From assembly GCA_002633005.1 (NCBI GenBank), contig NMRA01000635.1, positions 85,007-149,006 on the forward strand: a DNA stretch of 64,000 nucleotides, read 5' to 3'. Source of the stretch: Phoronis australis (Eukaryota > Animalia > Phoronida). Below the pieces are notes generated by a model, which saw only the letters and a program-made list of their open reading frames with translations, ran no database searches and was not told the DNA's origin. Position 1 is the stretch's first letter. The number at the start of each line of letters is the position of its first letter. Positions 37,316 to 49,522 of this stretch are shown here, piece after piece. The translations under genes and the position numbers were made by a program.

Positions 37316-38528
37316 TTTCAGCTTACAACACACTAAACAATCCCTAAATCCAACGCAGTTGAGTTCTCTACTAACCTATCTTGCCGCAGAATACTCGCCG
37401 ATGGAAAGTGGTGGCGACAATTGGTGAAAAATAGCACAAAACAAAAGTAGAATAGAACAGATTCGCACAGTAAGCTCAACGCAAAACCAAGTGGCGGGAA
37501 GCGCTTGCCTCCTAAAACGTCACTTCCGGAAAAGCGGACGAGTAATTAATAAAATTACGAAAAGCTGTAATTAAGTGAAAAATATGTCTAGGATAACCAA
37601 CCAATCTTATTTTAGCTCAAAATGACATGGAAAAAGGTTGCCTTCGCCTTTAAGGATGCTGACTGTTATAATTTCAGACACCACCTCATCACTTACCTAT
37701 GGTCGTCATAGATGTCCCTCCTTCTTGTCTTTCCAATATATTTACCGAAATTTTTTATTTATTTATTTATCTTTAATTCAATTTGTTTTATCCAATTTGT
37801 AAATACTATTTTATTTTATTTAATGTATCTTATTGTATCTTAATTTAATCTGTTTAATCTGTTTATCTAACAATTTAATTAATCTAATGTCTTGCTGCAG
37901 AGGACCATGCTGGATATAAAGCCTTTGGCTAAAGCATGTTTTACATTTATTGTATTTTTATCCACTTTAAACAAAGTTTATTATTATTATTATTATTATT
38001 ATTATCATTATTATTAACCCAAAAATTCAAGACCCTTGCATCCCCCACACTTTAAGCTGGGCGGGCGCATCTGCTGAAATTCTGATAATTCCTGTGACCT
38101 GCCCCCCCCCCTGACTCAAAATCCTGGATCCGCCCCTGGTTTTAGACCTGTCCCTTCACCAAATTCCTGTCACATTATGCTTCCTCGAATTTGACCCACT
38201 TAGGAAGCACATACCACTAGCATATATTCTTTATCCTATCCGGGCACAAGGGTCAGTTACACTGTGAAACAAGAGCTTTTGAGCACAAACTTGAAGTGAA
38301 ATAAGAACATATTGAAAAATACTTTATGAACATTTTGAAAAAATTATGAAATTCATGGGAGGAAAGAAATGTCACTTTACAGATCAGATTCATACAACAT
38401 CTTTGCAATGCCTTATTACATTACAACACCTTAGCTTGAACACGCACACACCAAAACACACAAATCATGGAGATGTGACTTCAGAATCTCATGTCTATTT
38501 CGAAACTTTAATAATTGTATAACTTTAC

Positions 38529-38748
38529 CTGTTTCAGCTGTTCTTATAGCCGTACCCTCTGCTACAGATTGCAAGGACATATCATTGACTGCTGTGACAG
38601 CAACATCATATCTGATATAAGCGTCAAGGTCTCGCAGTGTGTGAGATCTGAACTGAGCTGTCAGTGGTTGACCCCATGAAGAGTCAGAGTTCTTTTTAAA
38701 TACAATGCGATACTCCAGAATTGAGTTACAGTTTACTGAACTTGGCTC
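38529..38748 (-). CDS. Exon: remainder of that FN3 domain
   Basis: EPSSVNCNSILEYRIVFK..LRDLDAYIRYDVAVTAVN..RTAET; tttcag/gtaaag; 220 nt, phase 0-1. Confidence 0.92.
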
Positions 38749-38944
38749 CTGAAATGGAAAAACTGAAAAGAAGCATTTGGAAAAAGAAAAATGACACAAT
38801 TACTGCAATTAGTTGAATGCACTTTGTTTACATGAAGTGAACCATAATGCATGCTGTATAATGTGTACGAGTTTAGTGAGCTCAGTGACTCATAAAGTAA
38901 CACAGATGTTTTGTAAAGGAAGGTTTCACCGAAGTAATACTTAC

Positions 38945-39027
38945 ATCCCAAGTAAGTGTTAGAGTGGCTTTAGTAGAACTATCTTGTCGTGCTGATGTAA
39001 CAGCCAAGTTTTGTACAGGAGAGGGCC
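38945..39027 (-). CDS. Small exon: start of an FN3 domain (not in ORF track)
   Basis: PSPVQNLAVTSARQDSSTKATLTLTWD; ttag/gtaagt; 83 nt, phase 1-0, matches the phase-0 start of the next exon. Confidence 0.88.
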
Positions 39028-39469
39028 CTAAGTAAAAACAAGTGAACAAACTAAGCAGTGGTTAACTTTCCAAAGAACTAAGTTTTTACAAACATTCTAC
39101 AAAACAATCTTATGACTAAGTGATGAACTTGAAGCCGATCAGGGTAACCTCTAATGTATTCTAATTTCTACATGTCGTGAACACATCCACTACCACAAGA
39201 AACTGTAGGAACACTGCATTATCCACCTTCACTCTTATCAGGCTTCTATTGTGAGTCAGCATGCGTGAATAATTGGCTGATAAGCCACCTCTAGAACTAC
39301 TTTTGGCTGAAAGGATGACCAGGTCATAAAATGATAATTAGCCAAGACCAGTTACTAATGCAACAATGAATAATGTCATAACATCACCTAGCCTTGGTGG
39401 AAAGCTGTATACTGTATTGGCTCTAATAAACACTTAGATAAATTCATTTCACTGGGGGAGGGGATTCTT

Positions 39470-40918
39470 ATTGTAGCCTACGGCAGTTGAAAGCCGGTTT
39501 CCCAAACGGGTAAAGTCGGAAGCTAGGATTCATAAAATTTACGCTCTGTGACGTATTTTTAGCCTACGGCAGTCTTTCTACAAAATTATGGTGCATTGCT
39601 ATGAACTTCCGTTGTTAAATTACGATAATTTTTCAAAAAATTGTGCTCATCACAGGGCGAAAACTTGGCGACTGATGCGTCGCTGAATCGCCATCGTCAA
39701 TAGGAAAACTTGAACTCTTGAATAAAAATATAGTTTCGACTCAACAAATTACCTGAAATCTTCCTTATGTTCTACAATTTTTAAAGTTCATGTGAAGTTC
39801 AGATTAATTACGATTAAGTGCAAATCTGCGCTACATCGTACCCCACAACACGAGAAAAATCTCAGGATGAACACACATGTTGTTGTCACGTGACGTTTGT
39901 TTTGAAGTTCGTCTGCGTATGAGAGTGAGTGCCGGAGTGTGCGTGTGTGGGTCATCGACGATAGACTTTTTTGTTACAAAAGGCGGAGGATTATGCAGGA
40001 AAATGGCGTTTACTAGATTGTTTTTTTCATTTAAACGGCTGCAACGTGCAAGGTGAGTGCTGGTTAACTCACACATTTTGTGTGCACAGGCCGACGGTCG
40101 TTAGCTCTACCGTGGAGTATTAATAGTCCAAGGCTCGATCTACATGCTGGGGACGAAGTGAACTACGCGGGCTGTGTGAAATTTCTGGGTCTAACGGAGA
40201 CACTGACGCAGTGGTCAGCCAGCTCGCTGTATCAAGACTATAGTCAAAATCCAAATTCGTTTTATCGTGTCCCTGTCAATAATAACGGCATGCTAAAGTT
40301 TCTTAATTTTCGTACTTCAGGAATATAACAATCACGTGTTTTGTACACATACGCGCACGCCGCAGATCACATCTCGGAAATTGCCGATTTGACGGATGAC
40401 AATGAATGAGCACAATGAAATTAAACAACGTCGTTTTACAGCTTGTAAGATTCATAATAAACGTATTTTGAATATTGCAATGCATGTGTTCCAAAATCTA
40501 AATAACTTGGGTCCTATATTTTTGTATTCGTGCGCGCCGATTGAAAGTAATCGTGAGTGTTGCTGTGTTGCAAAATCTCTTATCCTGGGCCGATTTGAAA
40601 AATTCAAAGTTGTACTCATATTTGTTTTCGCTCCTCTTTTCAAATATTACAGTAAAAACTACTTGTAACTCTCTCCATAAAAAGTACAGTCTGCTAGGTA
40701 GATTGTAATCAGCTGATCATATCCGCATGAGCGAAGCCAATTATCCTCGCTCGTGACTCAATGAATAGAGCAGCTTGGCGGCATCCCTTTCATCGTGAGC
40801 CGAGCGCGACTCAGCCAAGGTGGATAAATACGGTCTAGTTCAATTTTACATACCCCACTGTTTACCTTGACGACCGGGGTTAGGACCAATCTTATTTAGT
40901 GGGACTGTTCATAGCATG
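39470..40918. mobile_element. Unclassified interspersed repeat; 3' part duplicated at 1-570
   Basis: GC-richer block starting with TAGCCTACGGCAG motifs; second copy in the window; left boundary uncertain. Confidence 0.55.
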
Positions 40919-41125
40919 ATTTTAATCCATACAAAAGGATTATGAAAAGAAGAAGAACTAAATAAGGGCTGTGTCTCCAAACAAATGGGTGCCTTTTAAT
41001 CATGCTTATTCTCTGAAAGCGCGTGCATTCTAAGTTCCCAGTGGCACTCACTGTCACAAAAATATGTGGGGTAACTAGTGCAACAAATCAAGCAAGACAG
41101 AGAGAGTAAAGGTGAGACAACTTAC

Positions 41126-41431
41126 TTGTACAAAACATTATGCTTTTAGCTGAAGTCCACTCAATAATCCCATCAGCATAAACTACTTGACCATTGAACT
41201 TGTATAGCGCTACAGTTGTTAGTTCTAGTTCACGGTGTACAACACCAGTCGACAATACGTAAGGAGTTATGTCCCCTCCAACTTGACTCCATGATGTTGA
41301 TGTATTCAGTTTATACTGTACAACAAACTTTGTGGCAGTGGGTAAATGTGTGTTAACAGAGGGCCAGGCCTGGAAGGTCAAGGTCACCTTGTTGTCAGAC
41401 AGAGCCAATGTTGAAGAATGCCACCAGTGAT
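41126..41431 (-). CDS. Exon: divergent FN3-like domain
   Basis: VTLTFQAW..TKFVVQYK..SW..LYKFNGQVVY..FCT; tttcag/gtaagt; 306 nt. Confidence 0.85.
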
Positions 41432-42106
41432 CTGAAAAATACATTCCTCAAATGACAGATTTCAAACTATGTTTTATCACATTAGCTCCTCACAGTGGTA
41501 TCATTAACAATAACCTTGTTCGTAAACAGAACATCTCAATTACACACAAACAATTAACAACAATTTCTAATAAGAAATCATGTTAAAACAATACTTTCAT
41601 CATAGCATAACAAAATCTGGGAAATTAATCCAAAACATTCATTACTCAAAGCAACAATAAGAACACTTGTTTGCAGATTTTTTCCTATAAAACTTTTCAG
41701 ACAAGATGCATGCTATGCCTGCCGACCACTTGAGGGGGAAATCTTTAAAGTAGTTGAAAATGGTGGCAAGTCTATTCATTGTGTCCGAGTTTTTTATCGT
41801 TTGCAATCAGTTTTGAACTGTTATGAATTCAATGAAGATACAGAACACAGTTTTGAAATTTTTAATTTACCGACTGGTACCCAGGAAGAATTAGTTAAAT
41901 GATAATTAATTTTGTGATGCAAATACCCTTAATTACTTAAAGTAAAATTAAACGTGGACTTTCTGTCAAAACAAGTTTTGATTTAGAACAGGTCATGACC
42001 TGAACCTTCAGCAGCTGGAGGCTCTGTTGGAAATTTTGAATAATTAGGCAGTACAGTACACCTGAAATGACATGCAGTTTGAATAGCACTTTACAAAATA
42101 ACATAC

Positions 42107-42370
42107 TTCTTGAATCAACTAAAGCCTGCATGGCGGGCACGCGTGATGTTGAACTGATGCGCACAGTGTAAGTCTGGCCGTTTGTGAGCGATCCATCAAA
42201 CAATGCCATGTTATACATGGTGCCGGGTGTCACATGACTACAGCAATTGTCATCATCATCTTTAACCCGGATCACAGTCTGAGTGGAGTGTATATTACTG
42301 GCATAGTGATACCCTATGACATCACCTTGCTTTACTTGAACAATATTGGTTAGACGCATCTCTTGTTCAC
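42107..42370 (-). CDS. Exon: second half of the uncharacterised module
   Basis: GEQEMRLTNIVQVKQGDVIGYHY..SRVPAMQALV; atcag/gtatgt; 264 nt. Confidence 0.85.
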
Positions 42371-43033
42371 CTGATAATACACAACAGAAAGACACATACC
42401 ATAACCAGTACTAATGAAATAACAAAATCTGTCTAGCAGATTCACAACATATCAACCAATACAGCATGCTCTTCACATACGTTTGAGTAGTCACATACTT
42501 ATTAGGCTTAATTACATGGACGTTTAGCCAAACCAGATTGGCAGGATATTCACTATGGTTTGAAGGGGAATGAAGGAACAAGTAGCCTTATGCAAACACA
42601 ACAATCCTTAGAATTCAGTGTTCCACATGCACTGTCAGGTCATGGCTGTAATCCCTGATGATACCTATTTATGTCATATGTTGCATTTATACAACACTTG
42701 ATGACATGGAATGAAATGATTGTCAGGTGCAAGTATGTGTGTAAGCACAACTGACACTGACAGAACAAACTGACACTGCGGTGATCACTGTTGTTACTCT
42801 ATCTGAGGTAAGGGTAAATTGCACCCAGTCATCTGGTTTGTATCAACTATAAGACAGTCTAAATACAAACAAGGAAATAAAAATCCCAATTGCACTTCCT
42901 TTGAAAAGCACTGGACCAACACAAAAACATTGAGGCACTCATGACATCAATTGTTTGACATGCGAATCAAGTCATTGACTAGAACATGTTGTGACCTGGA
43001 ATACAGGTAAGAACCAAAAAAACTTTTAGAGTA

Positions 43034-44196
43034 CCGTAATCGTTCGGGTTAACGCCCATGCTCAGTTAACCGCCCACCCCTACTTTAGGTGGATTTTCGA
43101 TTTAACCGCCCACTGCTCGGTTAACCGCCCCCCTGCTATTTTTGAAGATTTCCAATTAAGCGCCCACCTCTCGGTTAAGCGCCCATCCCCTACTTTTGAC
43201 GATTGGTGTTTACCGCCCTGTGCTAATAGGAAACGCGAATCCCCGACCTTTTAGATTAAGATCGATGATAACATTGAGTGCAACGACGGCCTCAGAGACC
43301 GCGGTTTAGCAATGTGAATTATGATACCAGTAACAAATTATTGTAACGGGTCATCGATTANNNNNNNNNNNNNNNNNNNNNNNNNNNNNNNNNNNNNNNN
43401 NNNNNNNNNNNNNNNNNNNNNNNNNNNNNNNNNNNNNNNNNNNNNNNNNNNNNNNNNNNNNNNNNNNNNNNNNNNNNNNNNNNNNNNNNNNNNNNNNNNN
43501 NNNNNNNNNNNNNNNNNNNNNNNNNNNNNNNNNNNNNNNNNNNNNNNNNNNNNNNNNNNNNNNNNNNNNNNNNNNNNNNNNNNNNNNNNNNNNNNNNNNN
43601 NNNNNNNNNNNNNNNNNNNNNNNNNNNNNNNNNNNNNNNNNNNNNNNNNNNNNNNNNNNNNNNNNNNNNNNNNNNNNNNNNNNNNNNNNNNNNNNNNNNN
43701 NNNNNNNNNNNNNNNNNNNNNNNNNNNNNNNNNNNNNNNNNNNNNNNNNNNNNNNNNNNNNNNNNNNNNNNNNNNNNNNNNNNNNNNNNNNNNNNNNNNN
43801 NNNNNNNNNNNNNNNNNNNNNNNNNNNNNNNNNNNNNNNNNNNNNNNNNNNNNNNNNNNNNNNNNNNNNNNNNNNNNNNNNNNNNNNNNNNNNNNNNNNN
43901 NNNNNNNNNNNNNNNNNNNNNNNNNNNNNNNNNNNNNNNNNNNNNNNNNNNNNNNNNNNNNNNNNNNNNNNNNNNNNNNNNNNNNNNNNNNNNNNNNNNN
44001 NNNNNNNNNNNNNNNNNNNNNNNNNNNNNNNNNNNNNNNNNNNNNNNNNNNNNNNNNNNNNNNNNNNNNNNCCCCCCCCCCCCCCCCGATTTCTTGAAAT
44101 TTCACGTTTAAGCGGCCATGTCTGGTTAACCGCCCACCCCCGATTTTTTGGGTTCGCCAATTTAACCGCCCAGGGCGTTAACCCGAACGATTACGG
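43034..44196. mobile_element. Tc1/pogo-like MITE spanning the second gap
   Basis: Perfect TIR CCGTAATCGTTCGGGTTAACGCCC, TA flanks, subterminal TAA(C/G)CGCCCAC repeats. Confidence 0.85.
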
Positions 44197-44771
44197 TAGA
44201 TGATGAGATCCCAAACTTATTTTTAAGAATATCCAAGATATTGTGATCATAACCTTATCAATGGTGTTGTAGAGATCAATAGCAGCCATTAAGGTTAAAA
44301 TTTGGGAATAGATTGCCAAAACTATGAAAAGCACACTTCTTCTAGTTCACTTGTCTAGCATCAGGTAAAATTTGAAACAGAATACAAAGTCATGGAAATA
44401 TGAAAGGTATTTGATTCAAGTCTTCTTGCATAGTGCAAGTGTGATATCAAAAACAACTGTGTTTAAGAATACTTTAATTTAAACATGTTTAAGGAACACA
44501 CTTTCACAAACTGTAGCTGTCAAGAATGCATTGTTTCTAGCTCAATTATCCAAATACATTTTGCTGAGAGAAAAAATTGAATGAAGAACATAGAATTTGG
44601 GTTCACAACTATAAAAATATCAAGACATCTTGACCACTAACAACAACACCAAAAGATGCGACCTGTAGTGTAACTTACATAGACCAGACAAAGTGCAATG
44701 AGGAATTGGTCAAAAAAAGAACAGACATCTGACCAATATATATTGAATAACTTAAAATATTCAGAAAATAC

Positions 44772-44990
44772 CTGAATATGTCACGATTACTTGAGCTTTA
44801 TGAACCAAGGTAAACTCGACTGAGTTTTCTTTCTGCCGCCAGATGTCAGCCCACACAGTGCCAGGCCGCGCAGCGTTAAACTTCCAACCAATCAAGAAAC
44901 CATCCGAGTCAACACTGAGGTCAGTGAATATTGATAGATGGTCACCAGGAGTTTTCATCTCATTGACATCAGTTGGACCCCCAAAATAGC
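44772..44990 (-). CDS. Exon: first half of an uncharacterised extracellular module
   Basis: YFGGPTD..SDGFLIGWKFNAARPGTVWADIWRQ..FTLVHKAQVIVTYS; tacag/gtattt; 219 nt, phase 1-1. Confidence 0.85.
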
Positions 44991-45006
44991 CTGTAACGTA
45001 CAAAGG

Positions 45007-45017
45007 ATAATAATAAC

Positions 45018-45061
<44 letters not shown>

Positions 45062-45075
45062 TAACAAGCAATAAT
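45007..45075. repeat. (AAT)n microsatellite next to an exon acceptor
   Basis: About 20 AAT/AAC units. Confidence 0.95.
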
Positions 45076-47396
45076 CATGACAATTATGATTGTTGTGGTT
45101 GTTGTTTCTGCCGTTGTCATCTTTGTTGTTATAAACACGTCATATTTTTCAAGCATTACAAAAACTAATGTCTTACTCTTTGTTTTTCAATTCCAGGTGA
45201 TAGTGGTTTCTAAATCGAGGCTCAATCCAGATATCAATCTTGCTGTTTTGCTCATCTAGACTCACAGGCCAATATCTACCATAGTTCAAATATTTGGTAA
45301 AACCAGCCATCACAACCGAAAATGATTATATCTATTTTGGTTAATTTTTATCATATTTCTTTGGGGATAAATGATTCTAACACATAACCTTTTACTGAGA
45401 ATTCAATTTCAAAAGTTGAAAGTTTCACAAATCAACTAGTTTTAGTCCACAATATATCAATTTATTTTAAAGTGTTTTAATGCTGTGAAGTCACTGATAA
45501 AGCAGTAATTGCTCTACACCACTTAAGATCAGATTCCCCGATACACAGACAACCTGAGAACAGTGTGAAAGGTCCCACATTTTCGTTGTAACTTTTTCGG
45601 TCGGCCATTTTAGCAAGTTAAATATTACAATACCCATGACAAGGACACATTTGAAGAGAGCTATGCAAAACAAAGCTACACCCTCCAGGAATCTCAAGAG
45701 CACTGAGGAGATGTCATTCCCAGGATATCGAAATATTCTGGGCTTAATGTTTCCACTAGGTAGTACATGGATGTCATCTTTGGCAAGAAAGCGTGAACAA
45801 GAGCAAGAAGCTTCACAATTCAATTTTCCAGACAAGCCACTTTCACTCTAAACATCACACCTTTCACCACTTCCGGTTGTACATTTTTATCAATTGTCAG
45901 CCATTTTTAATGGGAATAAAGTTTGGCATTTTACAGACTTCTCATTCAACAATTTAGCATCTGAAGAGCGGTGACTCACTGGACACTTTAAACTGAATAT
46001 CATGAGAAGTACACTCTCTCTTTCAAATTCCGCTGCATTCTTTGGGGATATTAAAATCACTCAGATAAGTGCTCTATTGTAGTTAACCAATTTTTGCCTA
46101 CCAAGCAATGAAAAGTGCATTCAACTTTCAAAGATGGATTTAATTTTTAAAGTCGCAAGTGTCTAAAATGGTTGAGGAAGAATGTTGTCATGAACAAGCA
46201 GAGGTAATCACTGACACCTATCTTTGTTCTATGCATGATCCTCACTGAAGGCTGGTCAGTATATGGACCAGAGGCCTTTTAAACAACAATGAAATAAACA
46301 TAAAGATAGACATCATATAAGTCAAAGGACTGTGGTAAGTGGCTATATCATAATCCCATTCTATAAGAGGCATTCATAATTGTCACTGGGAAATCAGACA
46401 TATTGCCTAATGTATTATGGGTACTCCAAACAGTTCTAGTAAAACATGACAAAAGGTGCACCAATGAAAAAAATATTGTCTACATTATGAATAAAACAAC
46501 AATAGCAAACTAAAAATAAGCTTAGTAACAGCATCTTTGACAGGGGATACACCAACAAGCTAAACCCTGGAAGCACAAATTTCTCAACAAACAATAAGAG
46601 CAATGCAGAAAGTAGAAATGTGCCCACGATTCCACCCCAAAAGCTGTGCTTCTGGAAATGCCACAGAATACATGGTTCTGAATGAGAAGATAATGGATCC
46701 ATGAACAGAACCTGGCATCTATTTTTTAGCATTGTTATGACTTTTTGCAAGCAACCACGCAAAACGTATTCTCCAAAATCACAAAATATCTGTGAGAAAT
46801 TTATTTGTATCGTCAACTCAGCATGACCTGCACAGCAGAACTAGAAGTTGAGTTAAGAAAACAAGTTGTAGCCAGCATCAAAGTTTTTCTTGAGAAGTTT
46901 CAGAAATCAGTCTTCTGTAACACGATAATTAGAAAGACTAGACAAGGCAATCAACCAGCAAAGCCTCAATTAACAGGAGTTGTGTACAGGAAACCATTTA
47001 CCTACATTGTATGAATGAAAATCAAGAACAGGTCATTATTCAAGAAAATACAGACAAATTGTAAAATGACAACAATGTACGATACAGCATTTTGTTACAA
47101 GTCCCTTGAGAAATCTATGAGTTTTACACAGAAAAATGTTATTTTTTGCACATTTTCACAAACACACAGACCCACAAGCTGACGGACATAATATGTTTGT
47201 ACAGACACCAACAGATGGCCTTCACCCTTGGCAGAATATAATAGTTACCTAAATGTCATAAAGACAATAGTCACCGTGGCTATTATATCAAGATATGTGA
47301 TATACAAGCCCATACAAACGACATCCCCGCCAAACAAAGCAGTAAAGTGTTGTTCATATGGTACAAATAGTAATTTTGTCAGAAACAGCTACTTAC

Positions 47397-47615
47397 TTGG
47401 GACAAGTGTGCCGTACACTTCTACCTCGCACATAACAAGAGGTTCTGTTCCACGTTGTTGTATAAACAGGTATCTGCCATATACAGCATTGTCACAGTTG
47501 ATCCATTGAGTTATACCTGCACCAACAGTACCACCAAAGTGGTGACACAAGGGGGCACTAGGTGACAAGTGTTCACTGTTGGACACACGGATATCAAAGT
47601 TAGCCAGAGTTCTAT
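47397..47615 (-). CDS. Exon: C-terminal half of FTP domain 2
   Basis: RTLANFDIRVS..LC..INCDNAVYGRYLFIQ..LVMCEVEVYG; ttcag/gtaagt; 219 nt. Confidence 0.93.
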
Positions 47616-47921
47616 CTGAAAGGGTAATACAAACTTAACTAATATAACTGATGAACTGAATTTATAATAACAACTTTACAGAGGATATGCAACACTTGAT
47701 ATGAACCAAGGCAGGAAGTTGGAAAACAATGCATAGGGCCAACAAAGCTCGTCCAACTGACATAAGTCTCATCAGAATTTGCATAATGCATGTGTCAAAG
47801 AAATGCCTTTTCTGCCTTTTGTATTATAGAAAAGTGCAGGCTAAGAAGGCTATATTGAGAAAAATACAAATTTAAAAAGAAATGTTTTTCAACAAGATAC
47901 AGCTCTAAATACATCACATAC

Positions 47922-48146
47922 GGTAGTTTGTATGTTGTCTGTTGGTTACACCGACTGTGTACACAGCATAAACATTCTGCAGGTCAACTCTCCACCAATT
48001 ATTTGATCCGTCTTCGGTATGTGAACAGCTGTTGCCACCCTCAAAGTCTGTGTTTCTGTTTCCATCAACAGCACGTGATGCGGCACCTCCTGCATCACGA
48101 GTTGATGACTGTACAGCAGGCTTATCCAATGCAATGTTTGTACTCA
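47922..48146 (-). CDS. Exon: N-terminal half of FTP domain 2
   Basis: NIALDKPAVQSST..ASRAVDGNRNTDF..SCSHT..NWWRVDL..VTNR; ttgcag/gtatgt; 225 nt. Confidence 0.93.
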
Positions 48147-49331
48147 CTGCAAGAAACACAAGAGTGTGAGGGGTGTACATTACAAGGATATACTTAGCCA
48201 CTCGCCCAGTCACCAATGCGAGTAAAAATGGTGCTGGACGAGTAGAAATTGTCTTTCTGGTTGCCCAGGTGGCGAGCGAATTTTCAGAGTGCAAAAGCAC
48301 TCTATCGTTTCCCAGATGAACATGATTAAATTTCCTCCTCCTTGTGCTGTTTTCATCATGAAAACAAATGTTCGGTTTGGTCAGCGTGTCGATGCTCCGG
48401 CAGTAAAAAACATCGGCGCAGTGCGCTCCTACTGATTCAGTACTTTTCCTGAAACTTTGTTGATTCACACTTACTCAAATCCTGATGGCTGCATCCCATA
48501 GTTTGCCCCTTAACTATGGCGGACTTGGGGCGATCGGTTCAACTATGGCAGCAGTGGCACAAATACGGCGGCATCCGGAGAACGGGGGTCGGAGGCGACA
48601 GGAAGGGAGTTTAGTTTGGCGTAGTTTGGCGAAGTTGCATTGGTTCGTACACGCCCCTCCCCCCAATAATTTTTACCTTCCTACGGTCCTGGGTTACTAT
48701 TGTTCATTTACTCTTATGCTTAAAGCCCATCATAAATAGTAGCACCAGTAAATTTGGTTCCTACAGTATTTTCAAGAGCATTGATATCAGCCTACTAGTG
48801 CCATCAATTGTCAAATGTAACGGACTGTTGGGTGTACTGTCTTGCTTTTGCCTGTGTAACCACAAGAATCACCTGTGAATAACACCTGCACACAGTGGTG
48901 TCCTATTGAGATCCCCATTCAAGTCAACTGTTATCGGTGTTTTGTTGTTTTGCCTGGGATCTCGCGATCTCAATATGGCACGAAAAGGCAGCTTTACCTA
49001 TCATTTGATGGACCTACATTTGTCTGGTTGAATTCACATTTTCATATATTGCTAAGGTCTTGCTAGAACTTATGGTTAGTCCAATAAATTTAAGTTAACA
49101 CAGTTAGGCTTTACTGTCTTTGCTGCATCTCAGGGCGCAGTATAGCCTTTGTTACGTAGGCCATGCGGGCGAGATTGTATGCCTCGGGCACTTCGCTAGC
49201 GACACAGAAGATTAAATCACGTCTCGATCTCCATAGAAAGACTAAGATGAGCGAACATTGGATGTACCAATGACTTTCTAAAACCACCTGAGGTGGTGGC
49301 GTATTACAACCAAAAATCTCTTGATCTATTT

Positions 49332-49382
49332 ACACCGATCTCTAGTTTCGGTCGGTCTATTCTCCAGCCATTGTCAGGTGTT
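49332..49382 (-). ncRNA. Degenerate minimal hammerhead-like ribozyme motif
   Basis: ACAC-CTGACAA-TGGCTGG(loop)CCGACC-GAAAC-TAGAG-(A/G)TC-GGTGT; G8 of the CUGANGA core is A. Confidence 0.4.
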
Positions 49383-49439
49383 CTGCATTCTTAGAAGAAC
49401 GAGCACAGATATGTGGTACTCTCATTGTGTGATTTTTTT

Positions 49440-49522
49440 GTCCTAGGCAGGATCTGAACCCACGACCTCTAAAACTACAGATGACTTCGAGTCCAGCACA
49501 TTAACCACTACACCACGGAGTC
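49440..49522 (-). ncRNA. tRNA-derived (pol III A/B box) segment inside the Penelope 3' region; not a functional tRNA
   Basis: A box TGGTGTAGTGGTT and B box GGGTTCAGATCC; poor acceptor stem. Confidence 0.55.

Larger units (their letters stand above)
35709..37649 (+). mobile_element. Kolobok DNA transposon, family A (internally deleted, young)
   Basis: TTAA TSD (35705-35708, 37650-37653); AGG..CCT termini; 158-bp TIRs with 2 visible mismatches; convergent THAP-transposase and KolX ORFs. Confidence 0.93.
32575..38016 (+). mobile_element. CR1/L2-group LINE with disrupted APE-RT ORF2 and (TTA)n tail, interrupted by a Kolobok
   Basis: APE: WNVRSL, ICLQET, GGVCTY, YRPP, GDLN, IDHVY, SDH. RT: NYRPIS, DFKKAFD, GVPQGSILGP, YADDTT. 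3' UTR ends in a TTA microsatellite (37978-38016). 5' boundary approximate. Confidence 0.9.
32439..38138. mobile_element. CAG(T/G)GGCGGAT-type MITE (5-bp TSD GTTTT) split by nested insertions
   Basis: CAGTGGCGGATTTAGGGG...CCTGGATCCGCCCCTG; GTTTT on both flanks. Confidence 0.65.

Noticed and set aside
43321-44160. Long ORFs across the second N-run
   Set aside because: Assembly-gap artefacts.
44991-45168. Poly-Tyr / poly-Ile ORF extensions
   Set aside because: Translation of the intronic (AAT)n microsatellite; the real exon starts at 44990.
48168-48659. Weak inverted ends GAGGGG(CG)TGTAC suggesting a Sola-like MITE
   Set aside because: Match is short with an indel and no TSD could be confirmed.
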